NCBI GenBank assembly: GCA_965214825.1
Contig: OZ243981.1
Coordinates: 2,450,567 to 2,514,566, forward strand
Direction of reading: 5' to 3'
Length of the DNA stretch: 64,000 bases
Source of the DNA: an uncultured Pedosphaera sp.
GTDB lineage: Bacteria; Verrucomicrobiota; Verrucomicrobiia; Limisphaerales; AAA164-E04
Below the pieces are notes generated by a model. The model saw only the letters and a program-made list of their open reading frames with translations. It did no database searches and was not told the DNA's origin. Every line of letters begins with the position of its first letter. The first letter of the stretch is position 1. The translations under genes were made by a program, and so were the position numbers. Positions 21,884 through 33,185 of this stretch are shown in pieces.

Positions 21884-24800
21884 GCGGTGGGGTTTGTTGG
21901 ATTTTCCGCTTTGTTTTGGGGTTTGATTAGAGCGGATTGGAGGTGGTCGGCCCAGAGGTAAATTGTGGGGATGACCAGGAGGGTGAGGGCGGTAGAGCTA
22001 GCTAGTCCGAAGATGACGGCGATGGCCATGGGTGTTCGGATTTCAGCGCCGTCGCCTAGTCCGAGGGCCATTGGAAGGAGGCCGAATATGGTTGTGGCTG
22101 TGGTCATGAGAATGGGGCGGAGTCGCACTTTTCCGGCGGTGAGGACGGCTTCTTCGAGTGTGAGGCCTCGCCGCCGCAGGATGTTGGTGTAATCGACGAG
22201 GACGATGGCGTTGTTGACGACGATGCCGATCAGGAGGATCCACCCAAGGAACACGACGATGGAGAGGTTGATTCCCAGCAGTTTGAGGCCGATGACGGAG
22301 CCGAAGAAGGCCAGCGGTACGGTTCCCATGATGATCAGCGGTTGCCAAAGCGATTCGAATTGGGAGGCCATAATAACGTAGACGAGGAAGATGCTGAGTC
22401 CCAGTGCCAGGTAGAGGCTGGTTCGGCTCCGTTCCCATTCTTCGTTTTGTCCTGCAAAGACGAAGGACATGCCGGCCGGCCAGTCGAGTTGGGTTGAGAG
22501 GGTGTTTTCGATTTTGGCTACGGCTTCGCCTAAGCTGGCTTGGCCGAGGTTAGCTTGGATGAGAGCGACTCGTTTGCCGTCCACTCTGCGGATTTCGCTC
22601 GGCCCTTCGCCGAGGTGCAGCGAGGCAACGGCGTTGAGGGGAATGGGCGGCTGGCTGGCGGTGTTTGGGTTCCCGTCTGTTCTCCGGTTGACAGCGAGGT
22701 TTTCAATCTGCTGCATGAGCCGTCGGTCGGCTTCTTCCAATTGCACGATGATGGGGATGCGCCGGTCTTTGAGGTTGTAACGCGTGGCTTCGAATCCTTT
22801 GACGAGGTTTTTGATTTGTTCGGCAACTTGGCCGAGGTTGAGGCCGTAGCGGGAAAGGCGTTGGCGGTCGTAAGCGATCTGAATTTCGGGGGCGCCGCGC
22901 CGGAGGGTGGTTTCTACGTCGGCGAGTTCTCGATGGTTTTGCAGCAGCGCTTCGGCTTCTTGCGCTATTTTTCTCAGGGTAGAGAGGTTGTCTCCTTGGA
23001 TTTCGACGACGATGGGTTTGCTGGCGCTGAAGAGCACGGGGCGGACGACTCGTTCGGTGATATCTGGCTGGTCGTGCAAGTAGCCGCGGATTCGCTCAAG
23101 AAGCCTTTTTTCAGTAGCGGCAGTTGAGCGCCCGGCCGTCAGCGCCTCGAAACTGGCACGGCTTTTCGTGTCCGCCAGCACCTTGAATCGGGCGGTGTGC
23201 TCGCCTTCATCCGAGCGTTTAATGTTCGTCGCGTCGTATCCGTAAGCGACCAGCAATGCGCAGATGCCTTCCCGATTGGCCAAGATTCTTTTCTCCACTT
23301 CTCCCATGAGGCGGCGGGTCTCTTCCAACGGCGTCCCTACCGGGAGATTGGCTTCCACGGTGAATTCGCCTTGATGCACTTCCGGCAGCAATTCCGAGCC
23401 GAGCGTGCGGCCAACGAGCGCTGTGGCAGTGATGGAAACCAGCATCAGGAGGAGCATGGTTTTCGGATGATGGAGCGACCAGCGAAGCACCAGCGGATAC
23501 ACGCGGTGAACCCAGACGAGAAAGCGTTCCATCCAAACCGCCGGAAAAGCGAACAGCGAGTGCAAAGCCCACTTGAAAGCCGGCAGCAGCCCCTTCGCCA
23601 CAGCAGCCAAAAGAAGCCCAAACCCCACCATCAACCCCTTGCCCAACAGCTCCAAACTGCCAGCGAACAACAGCCGAAACCAAAGATAAGGAATGCAATA
23701 CCGTCGCCGGTCTTGCCGCCATAAAGCGCAATCTTTTTGAAAATGCCGCCAAGCAGTCCAGCTGCGCTCATCAAGACTTGCTGCCGATTGCCATTCGGGA
23801 CGGCGGCGGCTGGCCAGCATCGGGATGAAAAAAATGGCTACCGCCAACGAGGCGAGAAGCGAAATCACAACCGCCATCCCCAAATCGCCGAACGCTTGCC
23901 CGGCAATGCCTTCCACAAACACCATCGGCAGAAAAACAGCGATGGAAGTGAGCGTTGAAGCAATGACTGCGCCGCGCACTTCCCGCACTCCTCGAATCGC
24001 TGCTTCCCGGCGTCCGTCCCCCTCTGACCAGCAGCGAAAGATGGATTCGAGAACCACGATGGACGAATCCACCAACATCCCGATGCCAAGAGCTAAACCG
24101 CCGAGCGACATGATATTGAGCGTGACGCCAAAGATGTTCAAAGGCGCAAAAGTAATTAGCAGAGACATCGGAATGCTAAGGCTGGCAATGACCGTTGCCT
24201 TCGGGCTTTTGAGAAAGAGGAACAAAACGGCAACGGCAAGAAGCCCCCCGGCGATGGCGGCGTTTCGGACTTCGTCGATGCTGTTTTGAATGAAAACCGA
24301 TCGGTCGGCAACCACTTGCAGCTTGGCGCCTTCTTCGCGGTGAAGCCATGCCGCGAGCTTTTCATCGCGGTCTCTTTTGAAGATATTCCCTTGCCATTGG
24401 CTTCTGGATGCTCCATCTGGCTCTGTCTGACCAACGCGGTGAATCACTGCTTGGGCGACGGCCACCATGTTGGCTTCGGCTTCTTTATAGATGTCAATTT
24501 GCACGCTCTCCTCGCCATTAGTCCGCGTAACAATCTCCCGCTCTTTATGAGATCGCACCACCTCCGCGATATCCTTGACCTTTACATCTCCATATGCTGT
24601 GCGTTTGACAATGGTCTCGGCAATTTGGGATATGTCGGCAAACTCGTTGAGCGTGCGCACCATATACTCCGTGTCGCCTTCGTTCACCGTGCCGCCGGCG
24701 ACGTTGATGTTCTCCTGGCGCAGCCGGTCGATCACCGTTTGGATGGAGACACCCGTCCGGCGGAGGGCTTGTTCATCCACACGCACATGAATCTCTTCCT

Positions 24801-25365
24801 CCAATCCGCCCCGCACGCGAACAGCGGCGACTCCGGGGATCGGTTCCAATTCTCGTTTGAGCTGAAGCTCAGCAATGCGACGCAAACGGCGGAGGCCGGA
24901 CTCTCCCCGGTAACGCGGCCCGCTTCCGGAAAGGCTCAATTCCATAACCGGATCCAAAGCAGGATCAAAGTGCAGCAAGAGAGGGCGTTCAGCTTCGTTC
25001 GGAAGAAACACCAAATCCAGTTTTTCGAGTGCGTCCTGACTCGCCTCGGACATATCCGTGCCCCATAAAAATTCCAGCACTACATCGCTCACACCCGCAC
25101 GGCTAACGCTGCTGATGCGGTTGAGGCCGTTAATCACGCCTAGGGCTTCTTCCACCGGCCGGCTAATCTCGTTCTCAACCTCTTCGGGCGCGGCGCCTGG
25201 ATATTCCGTCCGCACAGTCAAAGTTGGATAATTGAGCTCCGGCATGAGCGCCACCGGCAAACGCCGAAAAGAAAAGAACCCGAACACAACCGCCGCCACA
25301 AAAACCATGAGCACAGCCACCGGGCGATCCGTAATAAAACTGCCCCGGCCGTTTTGAGCCGGCAT
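21880..25365 (-). CDS. RND efflux permease, first pump gene, with an enlarged central loop
   Basis: RND pattern (FITDRPVAVLMVF...). ATG 25365 (MPAQNGRGSFITDRPV) is preferred over the TTG at 25413. Confidence 0.85.
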   Translation of the reverse strand: MPAQNGRGSFITDRPVAVLMVFVAAVVFGFFSFRRLPVALMPELNYPTLTVRTEYPGAAPEEVENEISRPVEEALGVINGLNRISSVSRAGVSDVVLEFLWGTDMSEASQDALEKLDLVFLPNEAERPLLLHFDPALDPVMELSLSGSGPRYRGESGLRRLRRIAELQLKRELEPIPGVAAVRVRGGLEEEIHVRVDEQALRRTGVSIQTVIDRLRQENINVAGGTVNEGDTEYMVRTLNEFADISQIAETIVKRTAYGDVKVKDIAEVVRSHKEREIVTRTNGEESVQIDIYKEAEANMVAVAQAVIHRVGQTEPDGASRSQWQGNIFKRDRDEKLAAWLHREEGAKLQVVADRSVFIQNSIDEVRNAAIAGGLLAVAVLFLFLKSPKATVIASLSIPMSLLITFAPLNIFGVTLNIMSLGGLALGIGMLVDSSIVVLESIFRCWSEGDGRREAAIRGVREVRGAVIASTLTSIAVFLPMVFVEGIAGQAFGDLGMAVVISLLASLAVAIFFIPMLASRRRPEWQSAASLDERSWTAWRHFQKDCALWRQDRRRYCIPYLWFRLLFAGSLELLGKGLMVGFGLLLAAVAKGLLPAFKWALHSLFAFPAVWMERFLVWVHRVYPLVLRWSLHHPKTMLLLMLVSITATALVGRTLGSELLPEVHQGEFTVEANLPVGTPLEETRRLMGEVEKRILANREGICALLVAYGYDATNIKRSDEGEHTARFKVLADTKSRASFEALTAGRSTAATEKRLLERIRGYLHDQPDITERVVRPVLFSASKPIVVEIQGDNLSTLRKIAQEAEALLQNHRELADVETTLRRGAPEIQIAYDRQRLSRYGLNLGQVAEQIKNLVKGFEATRYNLKDRRIPIIVQLEEADRRLMQQIENLAVNRRTDGNPNTASQPPIPLNAVASLHLGEGPSEIRRVDGKRVALIQANLGQASLGEAVAKIENTLSTQLDWPAGMSFVFAGQNEEWERSRTSLYLALGLSIFLVYVIMASQFESLWQPLIIMGTVPLAFFGSVIGLKLLGINLSIVVFLGWILLIGIVVNNAIVLVDYTNILRRRGLTLEEAVLTAGKVRLRPILMTTATTIFGLLPMALGLGDGAEIRTPMAIAVIFGLASSTALTLLVIPTIYLWADHLQSALIKPQNKAENPTNPTA

Positions 25366-25736
25366 CGTTGGATCAGGTCTGTCAGTTAAAATGTTCAAAA
25401 CGTCAAGACACAACCAAGCCGCCTGCAGCCGAAGATACAGGCAAGCACGAGAAAATTTCCGAACAACCCCGGTATGTCAACATTTCGCTACTCACATGTC
25501 ACTCTCTGGGCAACGAAGCTGCCATTGTTTTCCAGCAACTCATTTGAATAATCATGCGATTCTGTTGTTGCAAATTCACCTGATGTCATTATGCAAAATT
25601 GCAGAATCTGGATGACGGTTATCAAAAGTGCCCGGTTTGCTATATCTATAAGAGAATCGCTGCATTTATATCACTACCGATCTTACCTATAACAGTATAT
25701 GGCGGTCTAATTTTCAACGGCATTTGCCAATGCTTT

Positions 25737-26960
25737 TTATTCATCTTCAGCCGCATTTTTTTCGGCACTGTCGACAGAGTGCTGGGGATCGCCGGGAAGG
25801 CGCACCAAGGTGCCGTCTTTCAGTCCGGTTTGGCCAGCGATGATGATTTGATCACCCGGGTGGATTTCGGATTTTGATTCTACCATGAAGGCATCTTCGA
25901 GGCCGGGGTCGATTTGGAGTTTTTCGACGCGGCGTCCGGGTTTGAGGCGGAAGACGAATTGTTGGTCTCCGTCATAAATTAAGGCTCGTTGCGGAATCAG
26001 TATGGCATCAAGTTTGGTTTCGACGACGATGCCGGCGTTGATGTACATTCCCGGACGGAGCGGGCCGATGTCGTTGAAGGCAATGGTGACTTTAATCATT
26101 CCGGAGTTAGCTTCGACGATGGGGGAAATGCGGCCGATGTGTGCTTTGAATTGTTTGCCGGGGAGGGCGTTGGCGGTAACGCGGGTTTCTTGGTTCAGTT
26201 CGAGAACACTTAATTCTTTATCTGGAACGAATAGCCGGGCGACGATGGAATTGAAATCGACGATGTCGAAGAGGTGCTGTCCGTTGGAGACTTCATCGCC
26301 GAGTTTCAGGAATCTTCGGGCGATGGTTCCAGCGATGGATGCACGAATTTCGGTGTAAGCAAGTTCTCGTTTGGCATCTTCTACGGATAGTTCCAATTGT
26401 TTGAGGTCGTAGCGGGAGTTATGGTAGGCTTGGGCGCTGATGAGGTTTTGTTGATAGAGGGACTCTTGCCGTTTGAATTCTTCTCTGGCTTTGGCGGTTT
26501 GGTTTTCGGTTTTGGCCAGCGCGGTTTTTTGAATGTCGTCTTCGAGCTTTGCTAGCAATTGATCTTCGGCCACGAGGTCACCCTCTTCGACGAGCAGGCG
26601 GACGACTCGGTTGGCAGTGCGGGCGATGATTCTGACTTCTTGCTCTGCTTCGAGTGAACTGGAGGCCATCAGAACTCGCTCGATGGGGCCGCGCGCAATG
26701 GTCGTTACTTCCACGGGGACGGCTGATTGTTTGCCGTCGCGTTGTCCCGGCGAGTGCGTCCCTTCCGAGCAGCTTGCCGAAAGGCCGGCAGCCAGTGCGA
26801 TGGTGGCGCCGAAAAGCCGCTTCCAGAGGCTGCGGTTTCCAGTTTGTTTTCTTGGCGGGGAGGTGAGTTTTTTGGGATTCAAAAAGGGTTTGAACTTCCT
26901 AAATAATTTTGGATTCACAATTCTGGTCGCCAATCTACGGGCAACGGCGCCCCTTGGCAA
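25737..26960 (-). CDS. RND periplasmic adaptor (membrane fusion protein, HlyD family)
   Basis: Leader with a lipoprotein-like LSASC, a coiled-coil hairpin segment and barrel domains typical of MFPs. Lies upstream of the two RND genes. Confidence 0.85.
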   Translation of the reverse strand: MPRGAVARRLATRIVNPKLFRKFKPFLNPKKLTSPPRKQTGNRSLWKRLFGATIALAAGLSASCSEGTHSPGQRDGKQSAVPVEVTTIARGPIERVLMASSSLEAEQEVRIIARTANRVVRLLVEEGDLVAEDQLLAKLEDDIQKTALAKTENQTAKAREEFKRQESLYQQNLISAQAYHNSRYDLKQLELSVEDAKRELAYTEIRASIAGTIARRFLKLGDEVSNGQHLFDIVDFNSIVARLFVPDKELSVLELNQETRVTANALPGKQFKAHIGRISPIVEANSGMIKVTIAFNDIGPLRPGMYINAGIVVETKLDAILIPQRALIYDGDQQFVFRLKPGRRVEKLQIDPGLEDAFMVESKSEIHPGDQIIIAGQTGLKDGTLVRLPGDPQHSVDSAEKNAAEDE

Positions 26961-27097
26961 ATCGCACTTTTCGGTAAGCTACTCGGCATTCCCGTCTAAG
27001 TCAATTCGGTGATTGCTTTTTCGCTTGCTCGACAGTGTGGGGCAGGCTCGGTAATTTCGGCTTGCCTGGGGCGAGCGGGTTGCCTACTTTGGAGGGG

Positions 27098-27536
27098 ATG
27101 ACGAAGCTGCTGATTTTCCGCAATGGCCTGCCAGCGGTCCTGGTGCTTTTGCTGGGGGGATGCGCGACGAGCGCCCGGTATGTGAACTATTCGGAATATG
27201 TCGCCGTATATGAGGTGGACGCTCACGTGGCCGGGAAGATGAAAGCCCGCCTGCCATTGGAAACTTGAGGATATTCAACATCTTGCCGAGAAAAGCGTGC
27301 CGGATTCCCTGTTGATTGGCTACCTCAAGCAAGAGCGAACGATCTATCAGCTCAACTCCGATCACGTCCGAATGTTGACGGACGCCGGGGTGAGCAAAAC
27401 AGTGATCGATTATCTTTTGACGACGCCGGCGATGCAGCCCGAGCGTGTCTATCCGGCCTATTATTGGCACGTGCCGCCGCCGTTTCCCTACCACAGAGGA
27501 TTTTGGTTTCCAAATGTCTATTATTACTGTTACTGA
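27098..27536 (+). pseudogene. Small lipoprotein, reading frame interrupted
   Basis: MTKLLIFRNGLPAVLVLLLGGC lipobox ORF stops at 27268. A second frame, open from 27243, continues with LEDIQHLAEKSVPDSLLIGYLKQ...VSKTVIDYLL and a Tyr/Pro-rich tail. Confidence 0.5.
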
Positions 27537-27563
27537 CGCCTCTTCAAGCGAGATACGCAGTTT

Positions 27564-27593
27564 GAGACCGACGGCACCGGTGTTGTCGGTCTC
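27564..27593 (+). terminator. Hairpin after the lipoprotein gene (possible terminator)
   Basis: Perfect 9-bp inverted repeat GAGACCGAC / GTCGGTCTC with a 12-nt loop. No clear T-tract follows. Confidence 0.4.
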
Positions 27594-27812
27594 TCAACTT
27601 GCTACTTGTTCCAATTGGAAGCAAAGATGCCCTGCGGCCTCGGCCGGCAGATCGGGCAGCGGGCGCACTCAACAAAGCGGCGGAATCCCGGCTTGCCATC
27701 GGCGAGACTTTGGTTTAACGTGCCACCTGTGCCCCGGACGTTTGCGGATGCAGCCTGAATTGCGGGGCGATGGTTGCAAAGGTTTGGAGCAGGAAACGAT
27801 TGAGATTTTGCC

Positions 27813-29159
27813 ATGAAAACAAACATCCGAATACTGCTTTCGGCGATGATGTTTCTCCAGTTTTTTGTCTGGGGAGCGTGGTTTTCCACTTTGTCGGTTG
27901 TATTAACAGACTACAAATTGACGGAACGAATTGGCTCCGCTTTCGGAAGCGCGCCCATAGCCGCGATTATTGCGCCGCTGTTTTTGGGATTGGTAACGGA
28001 CCGGTTTTTCAATTCCGAGAGAGCCATGGGTGTACTCCATCTAATTGGTAGCGGATTGATGTTCTTGGCTCCGGGGCTGGTGGTGAGCGGCAATGGAGAA
28101 ACTTTAGTCTGGGTGTTCATCGGGCACATGCTCTGTTATATGCCGACTATCGGGTTGTCCAATACAATTGCGTTTATCAATATCGATGATCGAAACAAAT
28201 TTCCCTCTTTGCGTGTTTGGGGAACTATTGGTTGGATTGTTGCCGGGTTAATTGTAGGCGGGTTGGGATGGACAGACAGTCCGAATATGTTCACACTGGC
28301 GGCAATTTCCGGGCTGGCTCTTGGCCTCTTCTGTTTTCTTCTTCCGGCGACGCCGCCGCCGGCCAAAGGGAAGCCAGTCAACCTAAAAGCCTTGCTAATG
28401 GTGGATGCGTTCAAAATGCTGACCAACATCCCGTTCCTCGTATTCATTATCTGCTCAACTTTGATTTGTATTCCATTGGCATATTACTTTGTGCAGACGG
28501 GCAACTTTTTGACTCATATTGGTTTCAATGCTGCGGCTTCAACGATGACCCTTGGCCAGGTGTCCGAGATTTTTTTCATGCTGCTCGTTCCGTTCTTTTA
28601 CCGCCGACTGGGGGTCAAGTGGATGATTCTCATCGGGATGCTGGCTTGGGTCGCGCGATATGCCCTGTTCAGTCTGGGAGCGCCCGATCAAGTCATCTGG
28701 ATGATCTTGCTGGGAGTGATTCTGCATGGGATCTGCTTTGACTTCTTCTTTGTTACCGGCTTTATGTATACTGATAACAAGGCCAGCAAAGAAATTCGAG
28801 GGCAGGCTCAGGCGATGCTGGTGTTCTTTACCCAGGGAGTGGGTATGTTTATCGGCTATAGAGTGGCCAGTGCAAAAACTGCCTCTACCATGACCAAAAT
28901 GGAGGCGTTGTCGGACGAAATCCCCGGAGGGGATTTGACTTATTGGGAATCGTTCGGTAAGATGTTTTTAGTGGATAAACCTGAAATTCCTGGAACTTTG
29001 CTGATGGACACAATGATGCAGTGGAAGACTTTTTGGATGTTTCCTTGTGTAATGGCGGCCGTGATTACCGTTATCTTTTTCCTGTTGTTTTGGGAAAGAA
29101 AGAACCGTCCGAAACAGGATTCAAATATGGAACCCGGTAGAGTTAACCGACCGGAATGA
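27813..29159 (+). CDS. Nucleoside:H+ symporter family MFS transporter (NupG/XapB-like)
   Basis: N-terminus ILLSAMMFLQFFVWGAWFSTL and a 12-TM layout, typical of the nucleoside permease family. Confidence 0.8.
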   Translation: MKTNIRILLSAMMFLQFFVWGAWFSTLSVVLTDYKLTERIGSAFGSAPIAAIIAPLFLGLVTDRFFNSERAMGVLHLIGSGLMFLAPGLVVSGNGETLVWVFIGHMLCYMPTIGLSNTIAFINIDDRNKFPSLRVWGTIGWIVAGLIVGGLGWTDSPNMFTLAAISGLALGLFCFLLPATPPPAKGKPVNLKALLMVDAFKMLTNIPFLVFIICSTLICIPLAYYFVQTGNFLTHIGFNAAASTMTLGQVSEIFFMLLVPFFYRRLGVKWMILIGMLAWVARYALFSLGAPDQVIWMILLGVILHGICFDFFFVTGFMYTDNKASKEIRGQAQAMLVFFTQGVGMFIGYRVASAKTASTMTKMEALSDEIPGGDLTYWESFGKMFLVDKPEIPGTLLMDTMMQWKTFWMFPCVMAAVITVIFFLLFWERKNRPKQDSNMEPGRVNRPE

Positions 29160-29197
29160 AACAGTTGTTCGAGTAGAAATCTATTACAAGCAAAATA

Positions 29198-30124
29198 GTG
29201 ATGTCAAAGCGAATCAATCGTCGTTTGTTTCTTCAATCCGCTGCCGCCGTGGGAACACTTGCGGGGTCGGGCAGCGTTGGGTGTGCCACTCTCGCGAGGG
29301 CATCCAAATCCTATAAAATTTCGCTGGCCGAATGGTCTTTCAATAGGTCTTTGTTCGGCGGGAAGATGGATCATTTGGACTTTGCCAAAACGGCCAAACA
29401 GCAATTTGGGTTGGATGGGGTGGAGTATGTGAACCAGTTCTTCAAGGACAAGGCGGAAGATTCGGGTTACCTCGCCGAAATGAAGAAGCGGGCGGACGGC
29501 GAAGGGGTGAGGGGTTTATTGATAATGGTTGATGGTGAAGGGTCTCTAGGCGATGCTGATGGCAATGCGCGGACGCAGGCGATTCAGAATCATTTCAAGT
29601 GGGTTTCGGCAGCGAAGTTTTTAGGCTGCCATTCGATTCGCGTGAATGCGGCCACGGGCAATGCGGGCAGTTTTGAAGAGCAAAGGGAACGGGCGGCGGA
29701 CGGTCTCCGCCGTTTGGCTGTCTTTGCCGGCGATTTTGATTTGAATGTCATTGTTGAGAATCACGGGGAGCTTTCGTCGAACGGGAAGTGGTTGGCGGGG
29801 GTGATGGAGATGGTGTCTTTACCGAACTGCGGCACTTTGCCCGACTTCGGGAACTTTCGCATTCAGGGGGATGAATGGTATGATCGCTATCAAGGAGTGA
29901 AGGAGTTGATGCCATATGCGAAGGCAGTTAGTGCAAAGTCGCATGATTTTGACGCCGAAGGCAACGAGACGCGTACGGATTACTGCCGGATGTTGCAGAT
30001 TGTTTTGGATGCCGGCTATCGCGGTTATGTTGGGGTCGAGTATGAGGGGCGGAAGGATTCCGAAACGGTCGGGATTGAGAAGACGATCAATTTGTTGAAG
30101 CGGGTGCGGGCGGAGTTGGCTTGA
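29198..30124 (+). CDS. Tat-exported sugar phosphate isomerase/epimerase (xylose isomerase-like TIM barrel)
   Basis: NRRLFLQS Tat motif, then a TIM-barrel pattern (IRVNA..., VIVENHG..., GYVGVEYEG). Confidence 0.75.
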   Translation: MMSKRINRRLFLQSAAAVGTLAGSGSVGCATLARASKSYKISLAEWSFNRSLFGGKMDHLDFAKTAKQQFGLDGVEYVNQFFKDKAEDSGYLAEMKKRADGEGVRGLLIMVDGEGSLGDADGNARTQAIQNHFKWVSAAKFLGCHSIRVNAATGNAGSFEEQRERAADGLRRLAVFAGDFDLNVIVENHGELSSNGKWLAGVMEMVSLPNCGTLPDFGNFRIQGDEWYDRYQGVKELMPYAKAVSAKSHDFDAEGNETRTDYCRMLQIVLDAGYRGYVGVEYEGRKDSETVGIEKTINLLKRVRAELA

Positions 30125-33100
30125 GGTTGCGGCGGCTTATGTTGCTGGAGTTGAGTATTGCGTTGAGGGGAGTTATCAGGAGTTTAGGGAGTGCGTATCT
30201 CGGTTCGACGATGGGTTTTTGCAGGTCGCCGCTGACTTGATAGACGAAGAGTTTCGAGACGGGCCAGAGGGTGGTGCTGACGACTTGCCCGATCATCGGG
30301 GTGTTGCGGAGGAGTTTGGCTTCTACTGTGCCGTCGAGGTTTCCCTGGAAATCAATCTTGCCTTGGTAACGCAGTCGGGCAGAGGGTTCTTGAATAGTGA
30401 GGTCTGAGGTGCAGATGGCACCGTCGGCAATGGCAAAGCTGGCTTGGCCGGATTCTGCGCGGCTGCTGCCTAAACCGGGCGAGACGGCGTTGAGAATGGG
30501 CGAGAAGATGCTGAAGAGGGGTGCGTCCCAGAGGCGGCCCTTCTTGAGGCGAACTTGGCCGTTTCCTTGCCAGTTATTCCAGTTGTCCGTTTGCGCGGAT
30601 TGAATCCGGATTCTACCGCTGAGGATGCCTTGAGATTGGTTGTCCTCTGAGAGCACGTCGGCGAATAGCGCGTTGAGGTCGGCATCTTGCACGTCGGCGT
30701 TTAGGTTGAAGCCGGCGCGGCGGTTGGTGGTGAGTTGAAAGTTCATGTTGCCGTTGAGTGAGCCTTGGTAGAAGGGGGCGATGACGTTGGCGATTTGCAC
30801 ATTTCGGCCGAGCCAATGCACGTCGGCGCGGATGCGGGGTGTGTGAAAACGCCAGAAGGCAAACGGTCCGCCGGTGACTTGGAAGTGCGCATTGGCGCGG
30901 CTGCCGCCGTCAAAGGGAATGATGCCGTTTATTTGGATTTGGGGCGGTTTGGAAAAGCGGCAGGATTGGAGGGCGCGTTCGGCAGCGGGGCCGATCATTT
31001 CGAGGAGGGCCGCCGGGTTGGCTGCAGAGTGGGCATTGGTGATGGTGATGAGCCGGGTGTTGGCGTTGACTTTGGCCAGGTCGGCGTGGATGCCGCCTTC
31101 TGTTCGATCGAGTTCAATGTGGGTTGCCGTCAGCAGTTTGTTGATGTAGGCGAGGTCGGCGCGAAGAGATAGAACGGGAACGTCGCGGAAGGTGAAGTTT
31201 GTGGCCGCGAGTTTTGTTTTGAATCGCGTGAGTTGCGGGACGCGCCAACGCCCTTGCGCCTCGCCGAGAATGTGGACGGGTTGGGTGAATTTGAAGAGCG
31301 TCAGCCCTTTTTTTTGCGCGGGGATCATCAGAGGGCGCCAGGCATTAAGGTTGACGGGGCCGTCAATGTGCCAGCGGTGGTCCTGCGTTTCGGCGTCGCA
31401 CTCGTAGCGCAGGCGAAGCTCTCCTTCCGGTCGGATGACCTGCAAGTTCGGCAGCCGCCAAGTCATGTTGGTGAATTCGATGGACGATGAGGCAGCGGAA
31501 ACGGGCACGGTGCGGAAGGCGGCTTTGCCGGTGCGGAAATGGCCGGCGAGATTCAGGGTGGGTTTGACTTTGCCGCGCCAGTCAGGATTGGGTTCGCCCC
31601 ATTCGGGGAGGATGGCGCTGCCGCGAATCTGCACGAAAGGCGGTTTTTGGAATTCGTATCGGCTTAACCAACGTTGTCCTTTATCAGTGAGAAGGTGGCG
31701 GATGCGTTGGATGTCGAAGTCGAAGTGTCCCGCCAGTTTTGCCCGGCGCGTGTTGGCGGCCAAAGTTCCCTGGAAGTCCAGACTGCCGCCGTAAAGTATT
31801 GCCGATAGATGTTCCACTTCGAGGTTCGGCGTCTCCCAGCGGGCGCGGAGTTGGACATTTTCGGCTTCGATGAAATCGCCGCGAATTGCGTTCGCTGCTG
31901 CTTGCAACGAGATTTGTTTTTTGCGGAGCGAATGCCACGGGCCGAGCGCGTCCGCATCGATGTCCGCATTCGTTTCGACTGCGTGGAAGGAGCCGGAGAC
32001 ATCGATCCGGGAGGCCGTTCCCCAAGCAGTTTCTGCGTTGATCGCTGCCGCTTGGCCGCCGCCTTCAACGCTTTCCCAGTCAACCCCTTGATGGGCGAGC
32101 TTTGCCGAGAGACGGGCTTTCTCGACGGAGAGTTCCGGCCCGGCGATGCCGTCGAGAATCAGTTCAAGGTGATTTTGGAAAACGCCGGCGGTCGAAGGTG
32201 TTGTGTGGCCGTCGATTTGGATCGCAGAAGTTCGGAAGGCGCCGTGAGAGGCCGCGTCGGTTTGGAGCGACCAAAGGGCTGACTTGACTTTGGCGCTGCG
32301 GCTGTCATGGACGACCTCGGCGCTAAGTTGGATGCCGCGGATTTCCTGCGGCGGCCGATGCAGGTGGCCAATCGACAGCTTCCAGATGGAATGGATTTTT
32401 CCTGCAGCAGCCGTGGCAGTTTTATCGATGGAAACAGAAAGGAGAAGCTGGCGAAGACTGCCCCCCGGCGTCGCGGCTTGGCGGCATTTCAGTTCGAAAT
32501 GGGCGGTCGATTTTTCCGGATGCGCGGCGTCGGCGTTCAGGTTAATTTGCAGAGACGGAGTTCCTGCGAATTCCAGTGAGTCGATGATTTGGATAATTTG
32601 GTCGATGATTTTGAGCCGCTGGGCAAGTGCTGTTTCTCCCCATTGAAAGCGCCAGTTTTTGATGGCGTCAATGTTGGTGATTTGTGCTTGGAGTTTGAGT
32701 TCAACTCCCAGGCACTGCGCCTGAAAGTTTTCGAGAAGCCAGCAGTTCGGCGCGGGGAAGGAGAGTTTGGTTTGCAGTTCTGTCGATTGGAACGTGCGGG
32801 CGCCAGCCGTCGCTGATAGAGGCCAATCCAACGCGCCGTTGCGGAGTGTGGCCGAGGCGATTTTGGGCGGAAAAGTAAACAGGGATTGCAAACGGATTTC
32901 CAGTTCTTCGGCGAGCAAGCGCGGTTGAAAGTCGGCGTTCGTTGTCTGCAATCGAACGCCCTCGGCGAGTAGCCGTTTTGGAGACTGCCAACGCAGCCGG
33001 TCGATTTTCACGTGCCAACCCTTAGCTTGCAGTTCAGACTGCAGCCAGGTTTTGGCAAAGCCGGGAAGCCCAATCTGGTGGAGGTAAAAAATGGTCAACG

Positions 33101-33185
33101 CCATTGTGGGCAGAAGAACGGCGGCCAAGCGGCAGGCCCATCGCGCGAACCAGCGGCGCAGCAGGGGATGCGCGGGCGTTCTCAT
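30087..33185 (-). CDS. Large AsmA-like envelope protein
   Basis: ATG 33185 ([35 protein letters not shown]-terminal anchor) overlaps the upstream stop as ATGA. Long beta-rich body. The C-terminal region resembles AsmA-family C-terminal domains. Confidence 0.6.
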   Translation of the reverse strand: MRTPAHPLLRRWFARWACRLAAVLLPTMALTIFYLHQIGLPGFAKTWLQSELQAKGWHVKIDRLRWQSPKRLLAEGVRLQTTNADFQPRLLAEELEIRLQSLFTFPPKIASATLRNGALDWPLSATAGARTFQSTELQTKLSFPAPNCWLLENFQAQCLGVELKLQAQITNIDAIKNWRFQWGETALAQRLKIIDQIIQIIDSLEFAGTPSLQINLNADAAHPEKSTAHFELKCRQAATPGGSLRQLLLSVSIDKTATAAAGKIHSIWKLSIGHLHRPPQEIRGIQLSAEVVHDSRSAKVKSALWSLQTDAASHGAFRTSAIQIDGHTTPSTAGVFQNHLELILDGIAGPELSVEKARLSAKLAHQGVDWESVEGGGQAAAINAETAWGTASRIDVSGSFHAVETNADIDADALGPWHSLRKKQISLQAAANAIRGDFIEAENVQLRARWETPNLEVEHLSAILYGGSLDFQGTLAANTRRAKLAGHFDFDIQRIRHLLTDKGQRWLSRYEFQKPPFVQIRGSAILPEWGEPNPDWRGKVKPTLNLAGHFRTGKAAFRTVPVSAASSSIEFTNMTWRLPNLQVIRPEGELRLRYECDAETQDHRWHIDGPVNLNAWRPLMIPAQKKGLTLFKFTQPVHILGEAQGRWRVPQLTRFKTKLAATNFTFRDVPVLSLRADLAYINKLLTATHIELDRTEGGIHADLAKVNANTRLITITNAHSAANPAALLEMIGPAAERALQSCRFSKPPQIQINGIIPFDGGSRANAHFQVTGGPFAFWRFHTPRIRADVHWLGRNVQIANVIAPFYQGSLNGNMNFQLTTNRRAGFNLNADVQDADLNALFADVLSEDNQSQGILSGRIRIQSAQTDNWNNWQGNGQVRLKKGRLWDAPLFSIFSPILNAVSPGLGSSRAESGQASFAIADGAICTSDLTIQEPSARLRYQGKIDFQGNLDGTVEAKLLRNTPMIGQVVSTTLWPVSKLFVYQVSGDLQKPIVEPRYALPKLLITPLNAILNSSNISRRNLKPTPPAPASTN

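Noticed and set aside
25599-25877. Plus-strand 92-aa ORF with a CPVC motif in the efflux-operon spacer (also 25391..25615).
   Set aside because: It runs antisense into the MFP gene, has no RBS or family signal, and has hydrophobic low-complexity content consistent with chance in AT-rich DNA.
30087-30124. 38-nt 3'-end overlap of the convergent genes 29198..30124 and 30087..33185.
   Set aside because: Short convergent overlaps are common and both ORFs have family support. It is not evidence of misassembly.
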